A DNA stretch of 39,086 nt from a virus (taxonomy: Duplodnaviria > Caudoviricetes), in IMG/VR virus record IMGVR_UViG_3300005611_000076, positions 1 through 39,086 of that record; one strand, written 5' to 3'. Below the pieces are notes generated by a model. That model saw only the letters and a program-made list of their open reading frames with translations. It did not search any database and was not told where the DNA came from. A program made the translations under genes and the position numbers. Below are positions 1-8,511 of this stretch, piece by piece (position 1 is the first letter of the stretch; every line of letters starts with the position of its first letter).

Positions 1-77
1 AGGTGTGTAATGCTTTGTGACTTTGTTCTGGTGGTCGCGTTAGCGGCTGCCCTTTTCATTATACTTTCAGAAATCAA
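1..77. repeat. 77-bp terminal direct repeat (copy 1), probably an assembly circularisation overlap
   Basis: Identical to 39010-39086. 77 is a common assembler k-mer length and the repeat falls within a run of early genes. Confidence 0.95.
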
Positions 78-84
78 GGAGTGA
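10..84 (+). CDS. 24-aa single-TM membrane peptide (MLCDFVLVVALAAALFIILSEIKE)
   Basis: Not in the ORF track. Strong AGGAGG RBS seen across the circular junction (39007-39012); hydrophobic core; fits gene packing. Confidence 0.6.
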   Translation: MLCDFVLVVALAAALFIILSEIKE

Positions 85-87
85 ACG

Positions 88-222
88 ATGAGCGACTACA
101 ACTGGACGTGTCCGGGCTGCAGTGAGGCCGTACACTGGAACGACGAAGCATACTATTCCGAGACGCTAGACGATAACGTCTGCGCGGAATGTCACACAAC
201 AGAACAGGAGGAGGGTAAATAA
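88..222 (+). CDS. 44-aa zinc-ribbon protein (CPGC...CAEC)
   Basis: Not in the ORF track. AAGGAG RBS, two CxxC pairs, and TAA overlapping the next ATG (TAATG). Confidence 0.7.
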   Translation: MSDYNWTCPGCSEAVHWNDEAYYSETLDDNVCAECHTTEQEEGK

Positions 223-599
223 TGGCTGCATTGAAAGGTTTGAGCAAGCAAGAGATTAAAAGCAAGTTAGCGGAAGATGTCCTCATTTTCCTAGACAATG
301 GCGGCACAATCGAGCAAGTACCGTATGATGACCGCGCCGAGAAAGCTGCACGGGTAGGCCGTGGCTTGCCGATGGGTAGCTACATTGAGATTGAGCAGGC
401 CGACGGATTTAGCCTACTGGACACCCTCCCCGACCACCTGACGGACTTCAACAACCACTGGGGTGAGTTCGTGCAAGTTGAGTGTGACGTTGACGAGGCG
501 GGTGTGCCGCTTACGGTCGCCGAGCGTGACGCTGCCGAAGCATCTCGTGAATACTACCAAGACTCGGGCGACGCTATGGACAGCGACGAGTTTTTCTGA
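222..599 (+). CDS. SutA-like RNA polymerase-binding protein with acidic C-terminal region
   Basis: GGAGG RBS. N-terminal KQEIKSKLAEDVLIFLDNGGTIEQVP resembles the SutA RNAP-binding motif (LA..(M/V)..FL..GG.(V/I)..(I/V)); the rest is very D/E-rich. Confidence 0.6.
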   Translation: MAALKGLSKQEIKSKLAEDVLIFLDNGGTIEQVPYDDRAEKAARVGRGLPMGSYIEIEQADGFSLLDTLPDHLTDFNNHWGEFVQVECDVDEAGVPLTVAERDAAEASREYYQDSGDAMDSDEFF

Positions 600-627
600 T
601 ACCATGGAACGCCCGCGGAGGGAAATT

Positions 628-2274
628 ATGAGCAATTTTACCCAAACCGGCCTCCCGTGTGATGACTGCGGAAGCAGCGACGCCCTCGCTATCAACACGG
701 ACGGCTGGTCCACTTGTTTCAGCTGTGATGTACGTAAACCGCCGCAAGGCAACCGCCAACTAACATTCCGAAGGGAGGCACGACCTATCCAAACCCCAGA
801 CCTGTACCGCTACGTCCAGCAATGGGCCACAGCACAGCCGCAGTCTATCCCTGACCGTTGCATCTCCGCCGCTGCCGTTAAGCACTACGGCGTAGTGGTA
901 CAGGGAGACGGCACCCATCTCTACCCCTACTTCAAGGAGGACCATCACGAACCTGCAGGGTTCAAGATACGAGGACCCAACAAGGCATTCCGTGCTGTCG
1001 GTGACACAAAGGACACCGGCCTGTTCGGTCAACACAAGTACGGCAACCACCAACGTAACCGCATTGTAGTCACCGAAGGTGAGCTTGATACGATGGCAGC
1101 ATGGCAGATACTGCAGGGCAAGGTACCTGTCGTGTCACTGCGTAGCGGTGCGTCAGGTGCAGGCCGGGACTTCAAAGCTAGCTACGAATTCCTAGACGGC
1201 TTCGAGGAAATCATACTGTGCTTCGATGCAGATGAGGCGGGCAAGGCAGCGGTTGAGAAGGCAGCCGACGTGTTCGCCGGTAAGCTGCGGGTCATGAAAC
1301 TGGACCCCAAGCAAGGCAAGGACGCCAACGACTACCTGAAGGCTGGCTTGACTAAAGAGTTTTCGGACCTGTACTGGTCGGCCTCACAGTATACCCCGAA
1401 GGGTGTGCTGTCTGTCGATGAGTTATGGGCACGGCTCAACACTGACAAGCCCGCTGCACTAGGCGACTGGCCTTGGCAGAAGCTAAACGACTTGACCTTC
1501 GGGTTCCGACCCACCGAGTTGGTCACCATCACGGCAGGCTCTGGTCTAGGTAAGTCATCTATCCTGCGTGAGCTTGTCATGCACATACGGCAGACCACGG
1601 ACAATAAGATAGGCTGCCTGTTCATGGAGGAATCGGTCGAGCGTACGGCTGAGGGCTTCATGGGCGTGGACCTATCCACCCCTGTGCATCTGCCTACCAG
1701 CAGCGTGAAACGCGGAGACGAGGCCTATCGTGCGTCGTTCGAGCGTGTGTTCGGTGACGGTCAGCTAATGATTATGGACGCGTCGTTCGACACTGGCGCT
1801 ACCGTTGACCAAGTGGTGGCTCGTGTGCGCTTCTTGGCTAAGGCCCTCGACTGCAAGGTGGTGGTGCTTGACCATATCAGCATATTGGTCAGTGCCGGTC
1901 AGCACGGTGACGAACGTCGAGCACTCGATGAAATCATGACCAAGCTACGTACCTTAACGCAAGACACCGGCATCGTGCTGTTCGCTGTCTCGCACCTCAA
2001 GCGCCCCGAAGGTAAGGGCCACGAGGAAGGCGCGGCTACTAGCTTGTCACAGCTACGCGGCAGCGCGGCCATCGCCCAACTGTCAGACTTTGTCATCGGC
2101 CTTGAGCGTAACGGGCAAGCTGACAATTTAATCGAACGTAACACTACCAGCGTACGTGTCCTGAAAAACCGGTTCAGTGGTATCACCGGCCCCGCTGGGC
2201 ACCTACTATACGACAACGCCACCGGCAGGCTGTCCGAGTACGAGCCGGTGGAAGCAGAGGAGGAAGCACTATGA
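628..2274 (+). CDS. T7 gp4-like DNA primase-helicase
   Basis: N-terminal Zn finger (CDDC...CFSC), TOPRIM (VTEGELD, FDAD, KDAND), Walker A (AGSGLGKS), DnaB-like motifs (LDHIS, LRGSAAIAQLSD, KNRFSG). Start placed at ATG 628 after GGAGGG. Confidence 0.96.
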   Translation: MSNFTQTGLPCDDCGSSDALAINTDGWSTCFSCDVRKPPQGNRQLTFRREARPIQTPDLYRYVQQWATAQPQSIPDRCISAAAVKHYGVVVQGDGTHLYPYFKEDHHEPAGFKIRGPNKAFRAVGDTKDTGLFGQHKYGNHQRNRIVVTEGELDTMAAWQILQGKVPVVSLRSGASGAGRDFKASYEFLDGFEEIILCFDADEAGKAAVEKAADVFAGKLRVMKLDPKQGKDANDYLKAGLTKEFSDLYWSASQYTPKGVLSVDELWARLNTDKPAALGDWPWQKLNDLTFGFRPTELVTITAGSGLGKSSILRELVMHIRQTTDNKIGCLFMEESVERTAEGFMGVDLSTPVHLPTSSVKRGDEAYRASFERVFGDGQLMIMDASFDTGATVDQVVARVRFLAKALDCKVVVLDHISILVSAGQHGDERRALDEIMTKLRTLTQDTGIVLFAVSHLKRPEGKGHEEGAATSLSQLRGSAAIAQLSDFVIGLERNGQADNLIERNTTSVRVLKNRFSGITGPAGHLLYDNATGRLSEYEPVEAEEEAL

Positions 2275-2447
2275 CCGTACCAAGTCCATGCACCCAGCGG
2301 TGCCGAGCAGTCGATGGCTTCTGCCTGTACTGCTACCGCTCGCTGGCTGAGATTAAGCAATGGTCGCACATGAATGACCGCGACAAAAACAAAGTGCTAG
2401 AGCTTTGTGAAGAAAGAAAGAAAACCCGTAACCAACCATTTGTATAG
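2271..2447 (+). CDS. DUF1289-family small Cys-rich (putative Fe-S) protein, 58 aa
   Basis: Not in the ORF track. MTVPSPCTQRCRAVDGFCLYCYRSLAEIKQWSHMNDRDKNKVL fits the SPC..C....C..C.R...EI..W pattern; ATGA overlap with the primase stop. Confidence 0.8.
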   Translation: MTVPSPCTQRCRAVDGFCLYCYRSLAEIKQWSHMNDRDKNKVLELCEERKKTRNQPFV

Positions 2448-2458
2448 GAGTACCACCC

Positions 2459-4333
2459 TTGAATGATTATCAAAATCTAATTGCACTATCCCGTTATGCC
2501 CGATGGCGTGAAGCAGACCAGCGCCGTGAGTTCTGGGACGAAACCGCAGCACGTTATGTGTACTACTGGGCAGATAAGGGCCTAATCAGCGCAGACGTAG
2601 CCCGCCAGCTACAGCAAGCCATCACCAACCTAGACGTGATGCCTAGCATGCGGGCCTTGTGGACTGCAGGACCGGCGCTAGACCGTGACCACGTAGCGGG
2701 TTACAACTGCGCCTTCCTATCCGTTGACCACCCTCGTGCTTTCGATGAGGCGCTATACGTCCTATGCTGCGGCACTGGGCTGGGCTTTAGTGTCGAGCGC
2801 CAAGAGGTAAGCAAGCTACCCGAGGTGGCTGAGGAGTTCCACGACACAGAAACCACCATCGTCGTAGCCGACAGCAAGATTGGGTGGGCCAAGGCGTTCC
2901 GTCAGTTGATTGCCATGCTGTATGCTGGCGAGGTGCCCAAGGTTGACTACTCTCATGTCCGGCCTGCCGGTGAGCGCCTCAAGGTATTCGGAGGGCGAGC
3001 GTCAGGACCGCAGCCCCTCATGGACTTGTTCGAGTTCGCTGTCCGTACCTTCAAGGGTGCAGCCGGTCGCAAGCTGAACAGCATAGAATGCCACGACCTA
3101 ATGTGTAAGGTAGGTGAAATTGTGGTGGTCGGTGGAGTACGTCGAAGCGCAATGATTAGTCTGTCCAACGTGTCCGACGACCGCATGCGTAAGGCTAAGT
3201 CAGGGCAGTGGTGGCAAGAGCACGGCCAACGTGCGCTGGCTAACAACTCCGCAGCGTACACCGAGCGTCCAGACTTCCAAGTGTTTCAGGATGAGATGCG
3301 TTCCCTGTACGATTCGTTCAGCGGTGAGCGTGGTATCTTCAACCGTGAAGCAGCCAAGAAGAAGGCAGCCAAGTACGGCAAGCGTGACCCCGAGCAAATC
3401 ATGGGTGTCAACCCCTGCGCTGAGATTCTGCTGCGCTCGGGTCAGATGTGTAACCTGACGGAGGTGGTGATTCGACCTCACGATACGCTCGAAAGCCTGA
3501 AAGAGAAGGTCGGGTACGCCACCATCATGGGTACGCTGCAGTCTACGCTGACAGACTTCCGATACTTACGCAGCAAGTGGAAGCGTAACTGCGAGGAAGA
3601 GCGTCTGCTGGGCGTTAGCTTCACAGGTATATGTGACCACCCGGTGCTGTCTAAAGTGTCTCAGGAGGCCGCTCAGTGGCTCTCAGAGCTACGTCAACAC
3701 GCTGTCGAGGTGAACGATGCGTGGGCTGAGAAGCTAGGCATCAATCCGTCGGCTGCTATTACCACGGTGAAGCCCTCTGGTACTGTGTCACAGCTAGTGG
3801 ACAGCGCCTCGGGTATCCACCCACGGTACTCTCAGTATTACATCCGAACGGTACGTCAGGACAACAAGGACCCATTGACGCAGTTCCTCATCGACCAAGG
3901 TGTACCGTACGAGCCATGCGTCATGAAGCCTGAGACCACTACGGTGTTCAGCTTCCCGATGAAGGCACCCGACAGTGCGCTTACGGTCGAGGACGTAGGC
4001 ACCATCGACCAGCTAGAGTTAGCCAAGCAGTACGGCACCTACTGGGCTGAGCACACTGTGTCCCTGACGGCATACTACACCGACAGTTCATGGTTTGACT
4101 TATGCTCTTGGGCATATAACAACTGGGACTACATGATTGGTATGTCATTCCTGCCCCATGACGGAGGGTCATATAAGCAGGCACCGTACCAGAAGATTGA
4201 CAGCCAGCAGTATGAGGAGCTGCTAGCGCAAATGCCTGTCATCGACTGGGACAAGCTGCCTGAGTACGAGAAGGAAGACACGACACAAGGAGCCAAGACG
4301 CTAGCCTGTACTGGAGGCTCTTGCGAATTGTAG
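2459..4333 (+). CDS. nrdJ: Class II (adenosylcobalamin-dependent) ribonucleotide reductase, monomeric RTPR type
   Basis: PSMRALW, YNCAF, VVGGVRRSA, NPCAEI, TTVKPSGTVS and C-terminal CTGGSCEL; no beta-subunit gene seen; TTG start after AGGAG. Confidence 0.92.
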   Translation: MNDYQNLIALSRYARWREADQRREFWDETAARYVYYWADKGLISADVARQLQQAITNLDVMPSMRALWTAGPALDRDHVAGYNCAFLSVDHPRAFDEALYVLCCGTGLGFSVERQEVSKLPEVAEEFHDTETTIVVADSKIGWAKAFRQLIAMLYAGEVPKVDYSHVRPAGERLKVFGGRASGPQPLMDLFEFAVRTFKGAAGRKLNSIECHDLMCKVGEIVVVGGVRRSAMISLSNVSDDRMRKAKSGQWWQEHGQRALANNSAAYTERPDFQVFQDEMRSLYDSFSGERGIFNREAAKKKAAKYGKRDPEQIMGVNPCAEILLRSGQMCNLTEVVIRPHDTLESLKEKVGYATIMGTLQSTLTDFRYLRSKWKRNCEEERLLGVSFTGICDHPVLSKVSQEAAQWLSELRQHAVEVNDAWAEKLGINPSAAITTVKPSGTVSQLVDSASGIHPRYSQYYIRTVRQDNKDPLTQFLIDQGVPYEPCVMKPETTTVFSFPMKAPDSALTVEDVGTIDQLELAKQYGTYWAEHTVSLTAYYTDSSWFDLCSWAYNNWDYMIGMSFLPHDGGSYKQAPYQKIDSQQYEELLAQMPVIDWDKLPEYEKEDTTQGAKTLACTGGSCEL

Positions 4334-4362
4334 TTGACAGGCCTTTAGGTTGACGTTACAAT
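4334..4362 (+). promoter_or_regulatory. sigma70-type promoter upstream of the HTH/polA genes
   Basis: TTGACA (4334-4339), 17-bp spacer, TACAAT (4357-4362). Confidence 0.85.
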
Positions 4363-4394
4363 AAAACCTATAAGGCATTAAGGCAAAGGGAGAT

Positions 4395-4443
4395 AAGGAA
4401 GATGTACCTTAAGGTACCTTAAGGCTCTTCCTTCATCTTCCTT
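4395..4443. repeat. Nested inverted repeat / palindromic operator-like element
   Basis: Perfect 18-bp palindrome CCTTAAGGTACCTTAAGG (4407-4424) inside the inverted pair AAGGAAGATG (4395-4404) / CATCTTCCTT (4434-4443). Confidence 0.85.
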
Positions 4444-4471
4444 CTTTTAAGTAAACCAAGAGGGTACTAAA

Positions 4472-4705
4472 ATGTCGCAGAAAGAAATGGTCTTGAATCA
4501 CCTTGAAACTTATGGCACCATCACTCCGCTTGAAGCACTGACTCGGTACGGCGTCATGCGCTTAGCTGCTGTCGTGCACAAGTTAAAGAACGACGGCTTC
4601 AGCATACGCAGCACAATGAAGCAGCACGACGGTAGGCAGTATGCGTCTTACAGTTTTGGAACAGGAGAAGATTATGAGCAAGATGAGCAGATGGTTTTAC
4701 TCTAA
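4472..4705 (+). CDS. Winged helix-turn-helix DNA-binding protein (HTH_39-like)
   Basis: Pattern VLNHL...GTITPLEALTRYGVMRLAAVVHKLKNDGFSI is typical of phage wHTH proteins. Confidence 0.8.
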   Translation: MSQKEMVLNHLETYGTITPLEALTRYGVMRLAAVVHKLKNDGFSIRSTMKQHDGRQYASYSFGTGEDYEQDEQMVLL

Positions 4706-4737
4706 CGTAACTGAACCGCAGCTAGAGAGGAGCGCCC

Positions 4738-6393
4738 ATGTATCAGCGCGAACGAACAGCAGTATTAGACATCGAGACTTCCCTCGACCACGGTACGATA
4801 TGGATGGTAGGACTGTACTTCCCGAGCAGTGGGAAGAGTACGTACGTTACAAGCAAGGAGGCACTGGAGCATGAGCTTAAAGGTATCGACACCATCGTGG
4901 GACACAATCTTCTGGGCTTCGATATGCCTGTCCTTTACGATGTCTGGGGTTATGATTGGGATGGGGACTGCCTTGACACTCTGGTCATTGGAAGACTCCT
5001 CGACCCCTCCGCAGACGGCGGACACAGCCTGCGCGCTTGGGCACGTAGGGCTAATGGTGAACTGAAGGACGACTTCGACCCAGCTAACTTCGACCTCGGC
5101 CTGAGCGACGAAATGATTACCTACTGCTTGCAGGACTGTCGTGCCAACTGGGACGTGTTCCTAGACCAGATGCAACGCAAGGCTGACATGAAGTTCAGCG
5201 ACCAGTCGGTCAGGCTAGAGCTAGACGTGGCGCGTCTCACCAAGGAGCAGGAGCGTAACGGCTTCTGCTTCGATGAGGCTACCGCTTTCGCCCTACACAA
5301 CCAACACAAGGAGCGCATGAATGACATTGAGAAGGAGTTACAGAGCGTGTTCCCGCCAATTGTCGAGGAGCGTTACTCAGAGAAGACGGGGAAGCGCCTC
5401 AAGGATAAGGTCACTGTATTCAATCCGGGGTCACGTACGCAGGTTGCAGAACGACTTGAGGCTAAGGGTGCTGTTTGGAAGACGCGCACAGAGACCGGCA
5501 AAGCAAAGGTCGACGAGACTACTCTCGCGGAGAACGAACACGTACCGGAGGCTGTGCTCGTCCTCGAATACCTCACGTTATCCAAGAGGCTAGGTATGCT
5601 CAAGTCGTGGCTCGACAACGTCAAGGAAGACGGTCGCATCCACGGCAGGGTGAATACTTGCGGTGCTGTCACAGGCCGCATGACACACAGCAACCCCAAC
5701 ATGGCACAGATACCTAGCGACCCTACGTATCGTCAGTGCTTCGTTGTACCGGAGGGGCACAAGCTAGTGGGCATCGACGCCTCGGGCCTGGAGTTACGTA
5801 TGCTGGCTCACTACATGGGCGACGCTGAGTACACAGACCTGATACTCAACGGTGACATCCACACTCACAACCAGAAAGCTGCAGGGCTGGAGACTAGACC
5901 GCAGGCTAAGACGTTCATCTACGCCTTCCTGTACGGTGCAGGGGAGGCCAAGATAGGCTCTATCGTAGGCGGTGGTGCCAAGGAAGGGGCCAAGCTAAAG
6001 TCCAAGTTCCTTCGCTCCCTGCCTGCGTTACAGCGCCTGCTAGAGAAGGTTGCCAAGATAGCTGGCAGCGGTACAGTGCCCGGCCTCGATGGCCGCCGTG
6101 TTCACGTGCGGTCAGAGCATGCAGCCCTCAACACCCTGCTGCAATCCGCTGGTGCTATCGTGATGAAGCAGGCATTGGTCATTGCGTCCGAGCGCCTGAA
6201 CAAGTACCACTACCCGTACAAGCTGGTGGCTCAAGTGCACGACGAGTTCCAAGTAGAAGCACCGGAAGAATACGCCGAGCGTGTAGGCATAATCTTCCGC
6301 AACGCCATACGGGAGGCAGGTCGTGTCCTTGACTTACGCTGTCCTCTCGACGGCGAGTACCAAGTAGGTGATTCATGGGCACAAACCCATTGA
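4738..6393 (+). CDS. polA: Family A DNA polymerase with 3'-5' exonuclease (T7-like, Tyr762 type)
   Basis: Exo I DIET, GHNLLGFD, YCLQD; TGRMTHSNPNMAQ; motif A DASGLELR; motif B KTFIYAFLYG; motif C VHDE. Confidence 0.97.
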   Translation: MYQRERTAVLDIETSLDHGTIWMVGLYFPSSGKSTYVTSKEALEHELKGIDTIVGHNLLGFDMPVLYDVWGYDWDGDCLDTLVIGRLLDPSADGGHSLRAWARRANGELKDDFDPANFDLGLSDEMITYCLQDCRANWDVFLDQMQRKADMKFSDQSVRLELDVARLTKEQERNGFCFDEATAFALHNQHKERMNDIEKELQSVFPPIVEERYSEKTGKRLKDKVTVFNPGSRTQVAERLEAKGAVWKTRTETGKAKVDETTLAENEHVPEAVLVLEYLTLSKRLGMLKSWLDNVKEDGRIHGRVNTCGAVTGRMTHSNPNMAQIPSDPTYRQCFVVPEGHKLVGIDASGLELRMLAHYMGDAEYTDLILNGDIHTHNQKAAGLETRPQAKTFIYAFLYGAGEAKIGSIVGGGAKEGAKLKSKFLRSLPALQRLLEKVAKIAGSGTVPGLDGRRVHVRSEHAALNTLLQSAGAIVMKQALVIASERLNKYHYPYKLVAQVHDEFQVEAPEEYAERVGIIFRNAIREAGRVLDLRCPLDGEYQVGDSWAQTH

Positions 6394-6418
6394 CACCTAG
6401 CCGCACGTGATGTACTAT
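6390..6418 (+). promoter_or_regulatory. sigma70-type promoter upstream of the SSB gene
   Basis: TTGACA (6390-6395), 17-bp spacer, TACTAT (6413-6418). Confidence 0.75.
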
Positions 6419-6473
6419 GTACTATAAGACTGAAGAGTCTTGTTAACTTCCACGACAAATACAGGAAAGCATT

Positions 6474-6923
6474 ATGGAAAACATGACAGCAACAGTTCGC
6501 GCAACAGTAGCGTTCCCTAACCTGACCAAGCCTGAGACTCCTTTCGGCGGCGGTGACGGCACACACTACACCATCCAGTTAGCCAACCTCTCTGACCGAG
6601 CGGCTGAGAAGCTGGAAGAGTTGGGCGTTAAGGTTAAGTTCAAGGACGACGACTACAACCGTGGCCGCTTCGTTCAAGCCAAGTCTAAGTACCCGATTGT
6701 CCACAACGGTAAGCAGGTAGTTATCGTTGACACTGACGGCAACGTAGTGAACGCTGACCTCATCGGTCCCGGCTCAGTTGTACGAGCTACCTTGGGTGCC
6801 TACTCACACCGTATGTCAGGTCAGTATGGCAATGGCCTCCGTGTCTACAAGCTGGTGGTTGAAGAGCTTGCGACTGGTGCTCTTACCAACGACGTAGTGG
6901 ACGAGCAAGAGGAAGTCCTCTAA
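6474..6923 (+). CDS. Single-stranded DNA-binding protein (T7 gp2.5-like)
   Basis: FPNLTKP, AKSKYP, IGPGSVVR and GLRVYKLVV OB-fold pattern, acidic C-tail, located between pol and exonuclease. Confidence 0.75.
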   Translation: MENMTATVRATVAFPNLTKPETPFGGGDGTHYTIQLANLSDRAAEKLEELGVKVKFKDDDYNRGRFVQAKSKYPIVHNGKQVVIVDTDGNVVNADLIGPGSVVRATLGAYSHRMSGQYGNGLRVYKLVVEELATGALTNDVVDEQEEVL

Positions 6924-7651
6924 TGCGCTGGGCAGTGGACGGTGACGTGGTGCTTTACAGCGTATGCTTCGCTGCTAAGGACGACCCCTTCTCGTTCGCT
7001 GCCCGCTCTGCCCGTGTGTTCCTAGAGAACCTAATGGCTACCCTCAACGCTGACGGTATTGACGTATACCTCACCGGCGAGGGTAACTACCGGAAGGAGC
7101 TGGGATGCGACGCCTACCCCTACAAAGGGACAAGGAAGAAAGAGAAGCCGCCACACTTCTACGAAATGCGTGAGTACCTGATAGAAAACTTAGGTGCCAT
7201 AGAAATCAACGGTAAAGAAGCAGACGATGCGCTAGCCACAGCAGCTTGTCAGCTAGGCCACGGCATAGCAACCATTGACAAGGACCTGTGGGGCGTACCC
7301 GGATGGCATTACAACTGGAACAAACAGGAGGTAAGTTGCGTGTCCCCTGAAGCAGCCAATCGAGTGTTCTACACACAACTACTGTCTGGCGACTCAGCAG
7401 ACAACATCCCCGGCCTATTCAAACGGCTCGGCAAGAAGGTTACCAAGAAAGTATTGGAGCCTCTCGACTGGATGACAGAGCCTACAGAAATGTACGATTA
7501 TGTATACAAAGTGTATAGTGAGGCGTACGACAACGTAGGTATGTGCCTAGACGACAAGGTCAAGGTACTGGATGACTGGCTGCTACGACAGGGCCGACAG
7601 CTATGGATGCAGCGTAGCGACGGAGAGATGTGGAATGCCCCGAAGAGTTGA
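6923..7651 (+). CDS. 5'-3' exonuclease (T7 gp6-like)
   Basis: VDGD, YKGTRK, EADD, TIDKDL, GDSADNIPG motifs. Confidence 0.92.
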   Translation: MRWAVDGDVVLYSVCFAAKDDPFSFAARSARVFLENLMATLNADGIDVYLTGEGNYRKELGCDAYPYKGTRKKEKPPHFYEMREYLIENLGAIEINGKEADDALATAACQLGHGIATIDKDLWGVPGWHYNWNKQEVSCVSPEAANRVFYTQLLSGDSADNIPGLFKRLGKKVTKKVLEPLDWMTEPTEMYDYVYKVYSEAYDNVGMCLDDKVKVLDDWLLRQGRQLWMQRSDGEMWNAPKS

Positions 7652-7991
7652 ACGGACCCGCAACGGCGGCAAGTGGACAGAGGCGCGATACTTCGGCTTC
7701 ATCCGCTCCGCCCTGCGGTCAGCCTTTACCAAGTGGGGACCGAAGTTCGAAGCAAAGGCAAGGGCAAAGGTAGCGTATAACACGTACGTTTGTGCAGCCT
7801 GCGACGGATGGTTCGGGACAAAGGAAGTTGAGGTGGACCACATCGAACCGGCTGGTAGTCTACGTAAGTATGAAGACCTACCACGTTTCGTTGAGCGTAT
7901 GTTCTGTGAGGTAGACGGCTTCCAGATACTGTGCAAGGAATGCCATCAAAAGAAAACCAACGCCGAGAAAGCGGCTAGGAGAAAGAAATGA
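7635..7991 (+). CDS. HNH-type endonuclease
   Basis: CAAC...EVDHIEP...QILCKECHQKKT; start placed at ATG 7635. Confidence 0.8.
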   Translation: MPRRVERTRNGGKWTEARYFGFIRSALRSAFTKWGPKFEAKARAKVAYNTYVCAACDGWFGTKEVEVDHIEPAGSLRKYEDLPRFVERMFCEVDGFQILCKECHQKKTNAEKAARRKK

Positions 7992-8173
7992 AGCGTACTT
8001 TAGTGTTGAACGATGATGCTCTGGTTGAAGTAATACGCGAAGAGCTTCTGTCCCACATAAAAGTAGACGAATACGCAGCAGAACCCGAGACGCTACTCGC
8101 GCTGATTAGAGTGTATAACTTTTACTCAACACCTGACGAGCAACTTGAGGTGTTTGCAGGGGTGGCGATATGA
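7988..8173 (+). CDS. Hypothetical protein
   Basis: ATGA-coupled to neighbours on both sides, RBS present. Confidence 0.65.
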   Translation: MKRTLVLNDDALVEVIREELLSHIKVDEYAAEPETLLALIRVYNFYSTPDEQLEVFAGVAI

Positions 8174-8502
8174 GAGGCCTTGACTGGGAGGCTTTATTTG
8201 TCCTGATAGTAGGACTTGTCGTAATGTTTATCCTTATGCTTGGGGCCGAGCGAGCGGTAGGTGCATTACCTAAAGAGACGTTCTGTCTGCGTGTAGCAGC
8301 TAGCGTACAGGAAGTTATGGAGTTACGCGGCCCCGAACGGGTGAAGTACCTGTCAGACCTGAAAGAGCAGGAACCGGAGCTGGCTCGTCACGTAATACCT
8401 GCTACAGGAGCAGCCACTAGGGCTTGGATTAGAGGTGTTACGAAAGAAAGAATACTACAAGGTGTGTACCTTTCGTGTATGCAGCAGATGCAAAACGCAT
8501 AG
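8170..8502 (+). CDS. Hypothetical membrane-anchored or exported protein
   Basis: N-terminal hydrophobic helix followed by a domain with two Cys; coupled start. Confidence 0.65.
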   Translation: MRGLDWEALFVLIVGLVVMFILMLGAERAVGALPKETFCLRVAASVQEVMELRGPERVKYLSDLKEQEPELARHVIPATGAATRAWIRGVTKERILQGVYLSCMQQMQNA

Positions 8503-8511
8503 GAGAATATA

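Noticed and set aside
463-627. N-terminal extension of the primase-helicase
   Set aside because: It overlaps the 222-599 gene; the RBS and Zn finger support a start at 628.
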